Part shown: positions 12,746-26,500 of the stretch, piece after piece
Numbering within the stretch: the first letter of the stretch is position 1
Layout of the letters: every line of letters begins with the position of its first letter
Assembly (NCBI GenBank): GCA_951406725.2
Contig: OX597826.1
Location: 50,406,001-50,470,000, forward strand
DNA length: 64,000 nucleotides
Source: Octopus vulgaris
Lineage: Eukaryota
Direction: 5' to 3'
The notes under the pieces: model-generated
Seen by the model: the letters and a program-made list of their open reading frames with translations, nothing else
The model's database searches: none
What the model was told of the DNA's origin: nothing
Position numbers and translations under genes: made by a program

Positions 12746-13887
12746 GGCTCCAGGCTGACCAAAGCCTTGCGAGTGGACTTGGTAGGTGGAAAACTGAAGG
12801 GAGCCCGGTGACCTCAGTAATGTCAGTGGCACAAAAAGAGTACTCAGTACACACTTAAGTGGTTGGTGTTAGGAAGGATATCTAGCTATAGAAACCATGT
12901 CAGTGCTGACATTGGACCTCAATGCAGCCCTGCAGCTTGCCAGATCCCAGATCTTATCAAACTGTCCAACCCATGCTAGCATAGAAAACTGACATTAAAT
13001 GATAATGATGATGATGATGTGTGTGTGTGTGTGTGTGTGTGTATTTGTATCTCCTTGTCTTGACATTGCGTGATAGTTGTAAATGATAGTCACCAGCAGT
13101 GTCATTAATTTCCAGTAGTGTGTGAGAACATGTTTCACTTTGGAGAAATATTACCTTCATTGGAAACAGGTGAGGGTCTGTGACTGGAACAGCATCTGAC
13201 TATTGTAAACCTGCCGCAATAAGTACTGTCATACCCACCAAAATTAGAACACTGGTGACGACTCTCCTGATACGCAAAAGCCATTCCTCTACCATTTGTC
13301 TTAATATAAACATTATATAGATAATTGTTTTAATTGCAATTAACTGACATAATTTTAATATGCTGTCCTATAATATTTTGATAGATACAAATGATCTACA
13401 GTTAACTATATTTTTCTAACCATGTTTTAAGTTTTAGTACACTGTAAATAGTATAATTTCAAATACATGCTCATCTCTTGCTAAATTATCTATTTGCTTT
13501 AATTTTTTTTTTCTTTTTGCTCTTTCTCTTATTTTTAGAACCAAAAGGCAAAATTGTAGCCAGCAGTTTCTCAAATTCCTTCACCTATCTAAATTTAGTC
13601 TTTTGAACAAGGAGGAGTCTGTTCTCTTTTAGATAAATATTTATTCATAGCAATGTTGTTTTGTTCTCACTAACATTTTCAGATCACATTTAAAGTTAAT
13701 CTCTCTTACAATCTCACCCCACTCTTATGTGATCACTACTTTTTTGTTTTTGTTTTAATAGATAAGATTATTAGAAAAGAGATTGTGTGTTCTGACTTTA
13801 AAAGTGTGTAGTGTTTAAGTTTTTAATAGAGCAAAAAAAAAAAAAAAAAATTCACATTTATTGTTGTTACATTGTCCAGTTTGAATT

Positions 13888-13930
<43 letters not shown>

Positions 13931-14406
13931 CTTAATTAATCAACTATTTTTTGTGGTATTGGTTGCAGTATCGGACTGTTTCTTCTCCCTCACCCATATT
14001 GTTCTTGTTTGGACAGGTTTGAATTACAGCAACTGCAAAATGTCTTCTTGGTCTTGTATTATCTTTATACGTTCTAACTTTGTCAGGTTTTCTATGACTG
14101 CTACTTCTCAGAACATTCCGGGTCTGCTTTGACTATAGCTGTTTTGTGCTAACATTACTGATATAGCTGAAGTGGTTGTTGTTATTGTTTAACCCTAGGC
14201 CTATAATCAGTTATTCTAGCCATGACCATTATGATGTCTTTCTAGACTTGCTTTATCTTTCTTTTAAGACAGTAAAATAAGATGTGAGGGAGATTTGGTT
14301 AGTATTTCTAGCAAGCTGGGTCATCCTGTAGAAGTTATGTTGTTGATGCATTTCATTTTGTTAGTTTCCAGCCCTACTGTATTGCATGTATGTGTGTGTG
14401 TGTGTG

Positions 14407-14449
<43 letters not shown>

Positions 14450-14573
14450 TTGGTGTCTCGCTATGCCATATACGACTATGAGGATTTACCTTCCCAATGA
14501 AACTCATTTTTTCCCCAAGCTTTTTCTCAAACCTGCTATAATATAATATATGTCTTTGGTGTGGTAATTGTAC

Positions 14574-14660
14574 GCGGCTGACGAAGGCTGTTGACCTACA
14601 TGTTATATCAATTATGCATTGATATAAATTGTTCAATAAAGCCAGAAACATATGTACCGC
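14574..14660 (+). ncRNA. Type I hammerhead ribozyme with minimal palindromic helix III
   Basis: GCGG-CTGACGA-[A GGCT...TTATATCAAT/ATTGATATAA...AGCC A]-GAAA-CATATG-TA-CCGC. All core nucleotides present. Stem I is GCGG/CCGC. Confidence 0.8.
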
Positions 14661-14799
14661 AAAGCCCTTTGCATCCTGTTTTTCTTTTGATATATGTCAC
14701 TGTATCAACCAGACTATCAGATGTGCTATACATTGCTGGTCATAATCCAATTCCTTGCATTGTTGTTTCTTTTGAGTGATGCCACCCTGCTGAAAAGAA

Positions 14800-14955
14800 C
14801 ACCAGTCCATTGCAAAGTTACCATTTCACAACTGAGTGGACAGGAGCAACGAGAAGTAGTTTGCTCAACACAATGCACTGTTAGCCTAGGAAGTGAAACT
14901 GCAATCTTACAACCCAAGAGTGCAGTCCCCAAAGCATTAGACCACATACCTTCAC
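14800..14955 (-). mobile_element. SINE family D head (gtgaaggcgcgtggc type)
   Basis: Reverse of 'gtgaaggtatgtggtc...gcattgtgttgagcaa'. Related copies near 15478, 42171 and 60515. Confidence 0.6.
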
Positions 14956-15083
14956 TATATAGATATAGCTGGTAGCATTTTTAAGACATGGTTGCCATAA
15001 GACCATAACATCATGTAGTGACTATCATAATTGCTCATTTAGCTGTCGTTTCTAGCTCTTCTGTATTTCATAAATATATATAG

Positions 15084-15126
<43 letters not shown>

Positions 15127-15620
15127 TAAAAACTTGGTTTTCGTGACAGGAGAACTACAGGTCTGAAATTGAGGGCTTTCTTTCCTTGTAATCAGCTTGT
15201 ACCTTTATAAGCAATTAATATCTTAGAGAGAGAAAGTGAATGTGTGTGTGTGTGTGTGTAATGAATAGTAGTTTGTGGAGGAAAAATTAAATCCTTTATT
15301 TAAGTAATGACTGAACTTTTTAAAATATTCTCTAACCTGTAATTGTATATGACACATTCTTCTTTGTAATCATAACATTGTCATCATAACCTCCATTGTG
15401 TCATGGTTATCACAACAAATGATAATCATTACCTCTGTCTGTGTGTCAGTCTCATTGCTGTAAATGTTATTTACTGTTCGGTGGCTTAGTGCTTAAGGTA
15501 TTCTGCTCACAATTGTAAAGCCATGAGTTTGATTCCTGGTTTCACATTGTGCCCTTGACATTTATTTTCAGTTGTCTTTTGTAGGACACTTTTTATTTCC
15601 AATAACTTTACTATCAAGTA

Positions 15621-15758
<138 letters not shown>

Positions 15759-17611
15759 AAAATCTAAACCAGAACCAAATAGCAACCCCATGTTGTGTGG
15801 AAATGGTTCACTGATTTGGGCATTTGTGGTGCATGTAGGTAAATGACCAACAGTGGTTAGTAAACTATATATATATTTTTCTAGAAGCTTCCAAAAGATG
15901 TTAGAGAGGCAGATCTAGTGTTATTTGAAGTGTATCAATGTCAGGCTGGCTCTGAGATGACTGGGGAGTGGGTGGGGGAGGTCAATTTAACCACATCTAC
16001 ATCTGAATCATATCCATTTTGATATATGGAAGGCAACAGCCTGGGTACCAAGTACCATACTGCATAGTATAGTACAGTACAGTACCAAGTAGAATACAGT
16101 GTTATACCATAATGAGTACAATACAATGAAGTACAGTAAAAAAGGTCTCAGTAAACATATCTCAGTTCTGATAGAGCTATTTTACTGTTCTACTACTACT
16201 ACTACTAACTTCCACATGTCATTGAGGCTATATTATTTGAATCTTTATTTTCATGCTCTACTAATCGTTTATCATCATTTTACGTCCACTTTCTTATGCT
16301 GGAATGGTTTGAGTGATTGTCAGAATACTGAATCAGTTTTTGTTCAGGGAAGTTGGATCAGGGACCAAGGTTTGCTCTTATATTCCATTTTTAGCATTTT
16401 CCTACAGTTTGAAAACTTCCCTAACACCAACCACTTTACAGATTGTATCGTATTGAGTGTGTGTTATGATGGCACCATCATTAGAGGAGTTGTCGTGTTC
16501 TTGACAGGACTAAAACATACTCTCTACTCTAGGTTATCTTCATTGACCAACCACGCTACATATTTTATTGAGTATATGTTATCATGGTACAGTACCAGTG
16601 AGGTTATTGTGTCCTTGACAAGATTAAAGAATCCTCTCTCATGTTGTTTCTGTTCACTTGCTAATCACCTTAGAGAATGTAACTGGGAGCATATTGCCAA
16701 GGTACTGGGTCTAGGGATGTCATGTACTCCACAAGATTTTTAAAAACCCTTTCTGCCCTACATTGCCTCATTTATTCATTCACCAGCACCTGCGAGTTTG
16801 TCTTGCTCCTGGCAGATAGAAGGAAAAGCGATGGAAGAGGACCAGAATGATTGGAGTGAGTGAGAAAGTAGAGAGCTGCTTCACAGTTGTTGGTAACGAT
16901 ATTGAATAGAAACATGGTGATCAGCATGATGGAAGAAAAGAGAGTGAGTGTGGTGAGAGGGAGACAGGACAACAATAGAGGGAGTACTGGTAATGAAGGT
17001 GAGTAGTTGGTGAAGGAGTAATATGGGAGAGTGACTAATGAGTGATGGTAAGAGAGAGAGGGGGGGGAGAATTAAGGCTAGCAATAAAGGAAGTGTTTAG
17101 TAACTTTTGAAATAAGCTCTTAGTACCTTAGTAAGAGCCTATTTATCACATATTATGGACATTTCAAGATGTTGTGCTTTAACATAAATCCAACTCTATT
17201 TTCTGGTTTTTAGTGATCAAAATAATTATACAGGCTAAAACATTATGCATAAAGAGATTGTCCAATCAGTATTCTGTATCATTAGACACTAACAGAAAAC
17301 ATTTTTAAAAACTGAGTATGCATATGAATGTGTGCAAATTTTTGACATTTGTGCTTAGTTTCCTTTCTTATTTGCAAAACATTCGTCTCTGAAATAGGAC
17401 AACAACCAACTACCAAAAGTCAAACATATTAAGAGACATAAGTTTAACTCCTAACTTCCTAAGCAGTACAAATCTGTGGCATTGCATTTCTCTGCCTCAA
17501 ACCACACAAATCAAACTACCACCTCTAATCTTAACCTTTTTGAAACCAAACTGCTTGAGGCTGCCCTTGGTTTTATGGTACAGATTTCCATTTACAAAGT
17601 GATCTAAAGCA

Positions 17612-17965
17612 CGCAGGCACAGCTGTGTGGCTAAGAAGCTTGCTTTGCAACCACATGGTTTCAGATTCAGTCCCCCTGAGCAGAACCTTGTACAAGTGTT
17701 TTTCTACTCTAGCCCCAGGCCAACCAAAGCATTTTGAGTGAATTTGGTAGAAGGAATCTGTATGGAAGCCTATCATTTGTGTTTCTACCCAGCCACTGCT
17801 TGACAACTAGTGTTGGTCTGTTTATTTCCCTATAACTTAGTGGTTCGACAAAAAAGACTGGTAGAATAAGTACCAGACTTTAAAAAATAAGTATTGGGTT
17901 TGATTTGTTTGACTGAATCCTTCAAGGTAGCACCCCTGCATGACTGCAACTGGAAATCAGTAAAC
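17612..17965 (+). mobile_element. SINE family A
   Basis: Head, body and partial tail match 618-1003. Confidence 0.8.
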
Positions 17966-18299
17966 TCCCTTATAAAATTTCATGTTAATTTATGTTCCAC
18001 ACTTCAGTTTAATAATATGAATTATTTTACTATATTCTTCGTTATTTTTTTAATTAATTGAAAGAAAAGTAATGTATTTCAATGAAAATATGATGACAAT
18101 GAGGTTAATCCCACTCATCCAGCATTTTGTAATATTTGTTATTAACATTGACCCCATGCCCCATGCATTGCTGAATTTTTGTGACCACCATACTGTGTTT
18201 TCTATTGACACTATTTGTAAACGACTGCTGATCATTCTTTGAGAAGCAATTTATTCAGTATTTTAATTAATGAATTAATGACTGATAAGGCTTTATGGA

Positions 18300-18718
18300 T
18301 GATAGCTATTTCTTCCATGTGTACTTTGATGTTTGATTTAGGTCCATCTGATGTTTCATCAAGTGACTTGGATGAAATTTTACCAGAAAGAATGGTCCGT
18401 CACTGAACCTTTTGCAAGTGCTTTAAGTTCAAAAATACCCGTAGGATTTGGTGTAAAGCGTGTTGAGTACTTTTTCAATGTTATCCATTGAATTGATCAG
18501 TACAATTTCAGAACAAGAAAAGCAATCAACTTTTTTCTTGTATTTGTTGAGGAAATTCATGCATACCTTGGCATGCTGATTCTGAAGAGAGTAACTCAAC
18601 TTTTCTCGAAATTTCATAATGGGAAAAACTGCAAAAAAATGCCATGGCGAAAACCTTTTTGTTTGTGATGTTTGTATGTCCATATCTATTACTAATTGCA
18701 TTTAATTTATTACAAGCA
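18300..18718 (+). mobile_element. Possible piggyBac transposase remnant
   Basis: Fragment VFVEEIHAYLGMLILK (~18542-18589) resembles the piggyBac 'EEIxAxLGIxIxMG' motif. Heavily decayed. Confidence 0.4.
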
Positions 18719-20209
18719 CTTCTTTTCAGCATCTTTTTTGAGGCATCATCATCATTCAAAATCTGTTTTCCATGCTGGCACAGGTTGGACGGTTTGGCCA
18801 GAGCTAGTAAAGCCAGGGGCTGCACCGGGTGCACTCCATTGTCTGTTCTGGCATAGTTTCTATGGCTGGATGCTCTTCCTAATACCAACCGCTCCACAGA
18901 ATGTACTGGGTGCTTTTAATGTGGCACCAGCACTGGTATCAATTCTTCTGTGGCAGATGGATCTTGAGTGTATCTGTTTTTTAGATTTTATATAATTAAT
19001 TAACAACCACACATACACAATATTGTCTGACATTTACATTTAAAAAATAAAAAATTTTTCCCCTTGCAATATTGCAACATTTCACAATCTGACCACAAGT
19101 AAAGAGACTATAAACATTTTAATAAACTCGTTTTTAGGTATTTTCAGTTCAAGTCATTACAAGACTGAGCTTTCAATTCAACAGGATGTTTAAAGTTAAT
19201 TCCCCTACTCACAGTGACAACATAATGACAGTAGCAGGGTTTGAACTGATGAACAACTTGGTCGCTTTTCTGGCTCCTTGAGGTCTCTAACTATTTTAAA
19301 CAACATACCCACACTAAATAATTCATGATTTGTTTTGTAAATTATTGCACTTTTATTCTCTGTTGTGATTCAGTATTTATCTCTCCACTCTGTATTTTCA
19401 TTCATGCTGCTGCTGCTTCTTTCCTTGTGGTTGTTGGGCTTCTCGACTGTATTTCATGAAAAGCCTTGTGTTCTTCAGAAAGCTGTCTTTATTCATCTTT
19501 TCTCAGTTTATCTGTGATTTCAATGACACCAATATACCCAGGACAAAAATAATTTTCTCCATTTGTATAATTGACCCAAACAAAAGTTAACTATAAAAGC
19601 TGCCATATGACTTTGTGTAGAAACAGACCTACCTTTCTTATACACACACACATATATATATATATACAGACCTTGTAACAAATTACTTGATAACACTATC
19701 TTAACTAATCAGCTGTCATTAGCACCATTTTGATAACTTTGTTCAACAAGTCACTGTTGGTATGATAAAGCATTTTTATTTACTAAACACCTTATCAAAA
19801 TAGTTTTGAATAAAATCGTTCTAGTTGCCATATTCAGATCAATTTCTGTTTATACCTCCTTCTGATCATCAGAGGTCATGATAAACTGGTAGAAGTTTAA
19901 TATGAAAAATGTTTTTGATAACCTGATTAGTCTATTAATTATTCTAAAGATATAAATTTTGATCATTAATATCAATAATTTTATGCTGAGGGCTTAGATA
20001 GAAATTTTATATATTGACGTTTTATATCTGTCACTTGTTTCAGTCATTGGACTGCAGCCATGCTGGGACATTGGCTTGAAAGGTTTAGCTGACAAAACCA
20101 ATTTTAGTACTTATTCCACTGGTCTCTTTGGGCAAACTGCTAAGTTATGAGGATGTAAACCAGCCAACCCTGGTTGTCAAGCAGTAAGGAGATAAACACA
20201 CACACATGC

Positions 20210-20591
20210 ACATATGTTTGTGACTAACCTAAAGTTTGCTTATACCTAAACATACTGATACTGCTGAATTTCTTCCACCCTGATGGTCCAATGATATGGC
20301 TTAGCCAATGTTGTTGACTGTTTTAGTTAAAGCTATGGCCTTAAATCTCTCCAGAGGTACCTCCCTTTGGTATTTTCCATTGATAACAGCTAAAGAGCTA
20401 GAAATGCATATGGAAATCTGACAGGAGGCAGCATTGGACAGACATTGTGTTTTTACACCCTTTCACCAGAGAATTTTTTTCTACATGGTAACTACACTAC
20501 ATTTGCCTTTTAGCAGTTGAAATACGTCACATATTTTAACTAACCTAAACTTTGCTTATGCCTAAACACTGTTTGGTGCTGACACTGCTGG
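20210..20591 (+). mobile_element. Terminally redundant ~320-bp unit with decayed hammerhead (Penelope-like/non-LTR retrozyme-like), inserted in a SINE A CA tract
   Basis: Direct repeats 20210-20267 / 20528-20591. Internal TTTCCA-TTGATAA-CAGCTaaagAGCTA-GAAA-TGCA-TA-TGGAAA at 20374-20416. Confidence 0.55.
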
Positions 20592-21774
20592 ACACACACA
20601 TACACATAACAGGCTTCCACGTAGTTCTTGTGCCAAATTATCTCACAAGGCATTGGTTGATCTGAGGTTGTAGTAAAAGTCACTTACCCAAGATGCTGTG
20701 CTGTGGGATTGGACCCCAAACTACATGATTACAAAGCCATGCCTGCACCTATAAACTTATAATTATTATAATTTTATAATTTATCGACTTAACAAATGAT
20801 CCTCAGGCATTCATTTAAAAATGTGGTGTTCAAAGCTGACTGTGAGGTTCCGTAAGAACCTTCTTTTCAACATCTTTTCTTGAGTCATCATCATCATCAT
20901 TCAAGGTCTGTTTTCCATGCTGGCACAGGTTGGACGGTTTGACCAGAGCTAGTAAAACCAGAGGCTGCACCAAGCTCGCTCCATTGTCTGTTCTGGCATG
21001 GTTTTTATGGCTAGATGCTCTTCTTAATGCCAACCACTCCACAGAATGCACTGGGGACCGTTTATGTGGCACCAGCACTAGTATCAATTCTTCTGCAGCA
21101 GATGGGTCTTCTTGAGTGTATCTGTTTCTTAGATTTTATGTAATTGATTAACAACCACACATACAAATGATCCTCAAGTATTTATTTTAAAATGTGTTGG
21201 TGTTCAAAGCTGTCTATGAGGTTCCGTAAGAATGTTGACTACTTTTAGTTAGAAAATTTAATTATCATGATTACTAATGAGGGCATCCAGTGGTAAATTG
21301 ATTTGGTTAGACTTTGTCTTGTCCTATCAGGAATGTGGTTAAATTATGTTTTGTGATATTCTATTTCTCTTCAGTACTACAGTGCCAAAAGCTAGTGTTT
21401 CCCCAAACAGCATTGCGATAACTCCATTTTCAGCAAGAGTTTTACACCATTGTCTGTGACTGGAATTTGACCATATGTATGTAGATCAATCAGCTCTAAT
21501 GGAATGTGATTGTCTGTTTTGCAGTCGCTTTATGCATACACCATTGGCAATAATTTTTGTGTGTTTGTTGGGTGGAGTGGGTATACCAGTGGATGATCAT
21601 GATAGATATATATATATCTATACACATATATGCACACCATATGTGTGTATATCCAAATACATATACACACACACATACGTGCACACACACAATTTCAAAC
21701 TTGTTGACAGGCCTTAAAGACATAGGTTATTTTAACCATTTTTCATTCTATCTTTATTTTATTTCCATTGTTAT

Positions 21775-22030
21775 ATCATCATCATCATCGTTTAGCGTTC
21801 GCTTTCCATGCTAGCATGGGTTGAATGGTTCAACTGGGGTCTGGGAAGCCAGAAGGCTGCACCAGGCAGTGTTTCTATGGCTGGATGCCCTTCCTAACGC
21901 CAACCACTCCGTGAGTGTAGTGGGTGCTTTTTACGTGCCACCAGCACGAGGCCAGTTGGGGTGGTGCTGGCAACAGCCACGTTCGGATGGTTCTCTTATG
22001 TACCACTGGCACTTGTATCACAGCTGCAAT
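21775..22030 (-). mobile_element. Short retroposon family C ((GAT)n tail)
   Basis: Sense motifs ggttggcgttaggaagggcatccagc ... aacccatgctagcatggaaagcgaacgctaaacgatgatgat. More than 10 copies in the window. Confidence 0.85.
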
Positions 22031-23296
22031 TTCCTTTGATGTTGATCGAACATATAACATTGATGTTATATGTTCATTGTTTTTCTTTTCTTTCTTTTTT
22101 CCCTTGAGGATGGGTTTTGTATTTATGCAAATGTAGGTATTAGCTTTTGGTTGATTACTTTCTGTCATTCCTCCACTGCTCTGAACTTTAAAATGACATG
22201 CCTGTTTCAACAAGAACAAAAACATACTCTTACCTTGTCATCCCCTGAAGGAATTTCTACTTTCATTTCTGTACTTAGCTATTTATATATTTGAAACAAC
22301 AACATCAAAAAGCCATAGTGTCCCCATAATTCCTTGCTCCATTTTGTTTCTTTGGTGGGAAGTTACCACTTATTGTACCCTAACCAGTCCTAGGTTAATA
22401 TCTAAAATTTATGTTTTCTCAAACAACTTACTAATTGGCAGGAGTTTATGTGGCTGTGTGTGTCTCAAGTTCAGCCCCACTCTGCTGCACCATGGGCAAG
22501 TGTCTTCCGTTATTACCCGGCGCTGAGCAATGCCTTGTGAATGAATTTGGTAAACAAACTACAAGAATCCCATCCTACATGTACATATATATATCTGAGT
22601 GTGTATATTTTATGATGTTCCAAAGCATCATGTAATTGGTCCTGTTCAGTATTTAAGGAAGGAATAGGTAGGAACTAAACCAATCTGAATATTCATAGAC
22701 AGGCTCCAATAGACTAGCAGAAAGTGTGTGTGTGTGTGTATATATGTACCCTTGTCTTGACATCACATAATGGTTGCAGGACAAGCATCACTGTCATACA
22801 AGGAATGTTTGTTTCCATGAAAAACATGTGTGACCCAGGGAAATATCACCTTATTTGAAAACAGGTGAGAATTGGCAATGGGAAGGGCATCCAGCTGTAG
22901 ATAAATCAGCCTCAACTAATTCCGTCTGACCCATACAAGCATGGAAAATTAGATGTTAAATGATGATGATAATGGAAACCATCAGTATGTTGTAGTGGTT
23001 CAGTCTGTGGTTAGTCACTGTTTGTCGTATTAATCTCAAGTCTCATGTTTACTTAATTTTCTGTTACACATATGCACTGTTTCATATTGTTTTCAGCAAT
23101 CCAGATTGTGTAATGCTGATAGTTTTAATCTCTGACTATGTGTAGATAAATGTTGTTTACAGTTTGGTTTGATTTTGTTTTTTTCACACTTATTGCTAAA
23201 AACAACAGAGTTTCGTTGTATGTTCCAGTATTTGTATTTCGCATAGTATTATGGAGCATTATTTCATTTCTGTGTGTGTGTGTGTATCATCATCCT

Positions 23297-23524
23297 TTAA
23301 CCCTTTCATTACCAACCCAGCTGAAACCGGCTCTGGCTCTGGGTACAAATGTCTTGTTTTCATAAGTTTTGAATAAAAATCTTCCACCAAACCTTAGTCA
23401 CAATTTATGTTCCCAACACTAGCTTAATGATAACTAAGTTATTTTACTAAATTCTTTGTTATATATAAAGTAATTGAAAGAAACACAGAGCATCTCAAAA
23501 TAAATACAGTAACGAGAGGGTTAA
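23297..23524 (-). mobile_element. piggyBac-like MITE
   Basis: TTAA-CCCT...AGGG-TTAA. Confidence 0.9.
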
Positions 23525-26500
23525 CGTACATGTTCCATGCTGGCATGGGTTGTATGGTCAGAGAGGATCCAATTTTGTCCAGCAGATAGCATTATGCTCC
23601 AGTACCTTCTTTGATATGGTTTTTACCACTGGATGCCCTTGCTAACATTAACTACATTACAGAATGTACTAGGTTCTTATTTCATGCCACCAGCCCCATT
23701 GAAGCTATGTAGCTTGCAAGATTATGAACACTTAGGGGCAGCTTTTTGTCAGGAGATGGGAGTAAAAGTGTGAGTGAAGGGGGTCAAAGCATAACAGGTT
23801 GCTTGTTGTGGAGAAACTACATGAGTACTCACATTTTAAAGGAGAGGGTTGGAGTGACTGGGTGGAACTGGAAAAAGATAAAAGTAGTGGTGACAAGGTG
23901 CCAGGGTGGACCCACAAGGTACAAGTTGAGTAGAAATGAGAGAGTCGGAGAGACAAGGGGAGTGAGTGGATGGATATTGCCAGAGATAATGGAAGGAGTG
24001 AGAAATGAGAAGTTGGTATGGGAGGAGGTTGGAGATTATTGTAAAGATTGGGTGGAGGAGGAGGGCTGATGTAGTGAATGGTGGACTACCAATGATACAC
24101 AAAATGGGGAGGATGGGAAGGGGAGTAGGGAATGACTAAATGGTAATGCGGCAGGCAGGAGAGAGAGAGAGAGAGACGGACAGACAGTGAGATATGGTTG
24201 GGTAAGTTGCATGAGGAGAGTGAGAGAAGTATGATGGTGGAGGAGAAGGGATAATCTGGTGGGTTCAGTAGGGGTTGGGGGGTCAATGAAAGCTTGAGTG
24301 GGGAGAACAGTATTAATGTATGAAAAATGGGTGTGTGTGTGTATGTATATATATATGAATGTGTGTCTGTGTGTGTACCTACCTAGTTGATATTGTTGTT
24401 TCATCTGGATTGACTCTAATCCAGAAGACCTATAGATTCCAACCATAACCATCACATCTATTTTCTTTTTCAAGGAGTGTTTTATCATAAATTACATTTT
24501 CCCTTAAGACTGAAGGGGGTAGGTCTACATGGGAATTTGGTTGCTATTTCTAGAAGTTTGACTTATCACATCAGAGCTCTCTTGTTCATTCATTGAATCT
24601 TGAATCACCAGGTTTTAAAAACAACCAGTGATCTAATATGTTTAGTCAGTGATCAAGGCTTTGTGCAGATGCATAGCCTATTACTTAATATGGCAACCAA
24701 ATCTCCTACCATCTATAAAATGAAGGGAGTTTGCTCATGTTTTATTACAGTATATCTGTAATGAAGACAAGATAACCATTGCTACAATACCTGTTATCCA
24801 ATTGAAGTTTAATCAAACCACCATATCACCTTTGGTGGCTCACTGGTGGTTTTTAATTCTTGCATCAGTTATTTTCATGTTTCTCAGAACTGATTAGGGG
24901 TCACAACAGCCATGACCTAACAGTAAATGGGATCAGATAGGAAATGGTGGCATCGTCATTGTCGTCATCATAATCTTGATTGCCAAAATTGTTAGTGCTT
25001 TCTAGGAAAATAGCTTGTATTTTTTTCCAGTTCCTTACATTCCGATTTCAAATCCTTCTGAGGTCAGCTTTGGCATTTGTCCCCTTGGGATTGTTAAAAC
25101 AAAAAGTACCAGTTGAGTACTGAGATTGATGTAAATGGTAAACCCACACCTCTCAATAATTGCTGTCCTCATTAGAAATGACAATGAGGGTGCAGGGTTG
25201 TCAGAATCAAAGGTCAGAACAGCTGTGAAGTAGCATTGAATATAATCAGATACAACAGGTGCAGCAGTGGTAGTGGTATCATCATCATCATCATTAACAG
25301 AATCCTTGGAACTTTTTAGAAAAAATGTCTTGCAATAATTGTTTCAAATCTTTTATGTTCTGAGTTCAAATCCTGCCAAAGTCAACTTTGCCTTTCATCC
25401 TTGTGAAGTCACAATACAATACCAGTCACAAACCAGGGTTGATGTAATTGATTAATTCCCCCCTCCACCTTCCCTACATTTCAGGTCTTGTGCCTAAATT
25501 CATTTTTCTCTCAAAATATTAACCCTTTTCTTACCATATTTAACTCAGTGGTTTGGCAAAAGAGACCAATAGAATAAGTACCAGGTTTACAAAGTATCAG
25601 TCCTGGGGTTGATTTCTTCAACTGAAAAACCCTTTAAGCCGGTGCTCCAGCTTGGCCATGGTCACATGACTGTAAAAGAATATGTATGTTAGATACACTG
25701 CCATTATTCAGACAGTGCTTGAAATATAAATAACCAAGAAATTTTTATGGAAGGTTTTAGTTTAGATCATTTTAAATTGAGGAATTTGTTTCATAGAACC
25801 AAAGGTGCTTTCAGATTGGTTGTTATGAAAAGGATTAAATAAATAAGTTGAATAGTTGATAAAGCATAAGAAGTTTTGTAAAAAAAAATATTTATAAATT
25901 TAACAATTATTTAAAATTTTGTTTCATTTTCCTCTTGATTTCTGTTTCTACAAACAGTCCTACTCTCATCCCCACTCATAAAGGTATCTTATCTTACTTG
26001 AGCAGCACCGAGATTTGTAGTACTTTCAAGGTTTAATAGATCTTCTCCATTGTCCATATTGCTGTGAAAACTTGCTACTCTTGACATTTATGTAAAGAGA
26101 AGTTTCTGTAATTCTAAAGTGCGTTGAAATATCATAAAATCCAAAATACCAGAAAATTTGCTATTAATAACACAGCCATGAGCAACAGAACTTCATCTGT
26201 TTCCCAATACCTTCCACTACAGTTCCCTATGCTACGATGATAACATCAGTCTGTCAGGATTGATGTTTTAAACTTTTATTACATCTGCGTAATTTATTAT
26301 ATATTTTTGACATGAATCATAAAACATTTTTTTTCTATCTTTTCCTTCTATGTGCTACCAAAATCCAGAAATATATAGTTGGTAAATAAATATGCATTTC
26401 AGAATTGCATATCAAAGTCATATACTTGTGCTAGTGCCGCAAAAAATGCACTTGTACCAGTGTCATGTAAATGCAAAAAGCACCCAGCATACTCTGTAAA

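Noticed and set aside
16099-16743. 214-aa ORF, the longest in the track
   Set aside because: It runs through an (AGTAC)n-like tract and a decayed family C repeat, with no protein-like motifs.
19840-19880. Minus-strand CTGATGA...GAAA
   Set aside because: No convincing stem I or stem II pairing, so not a hammerhead.
23730-24330. Purine-rich block with several ORFs (similar block at 16800-17090)
   Set aside because: Low-complexity GA-rich sequence with no recognisable domain.
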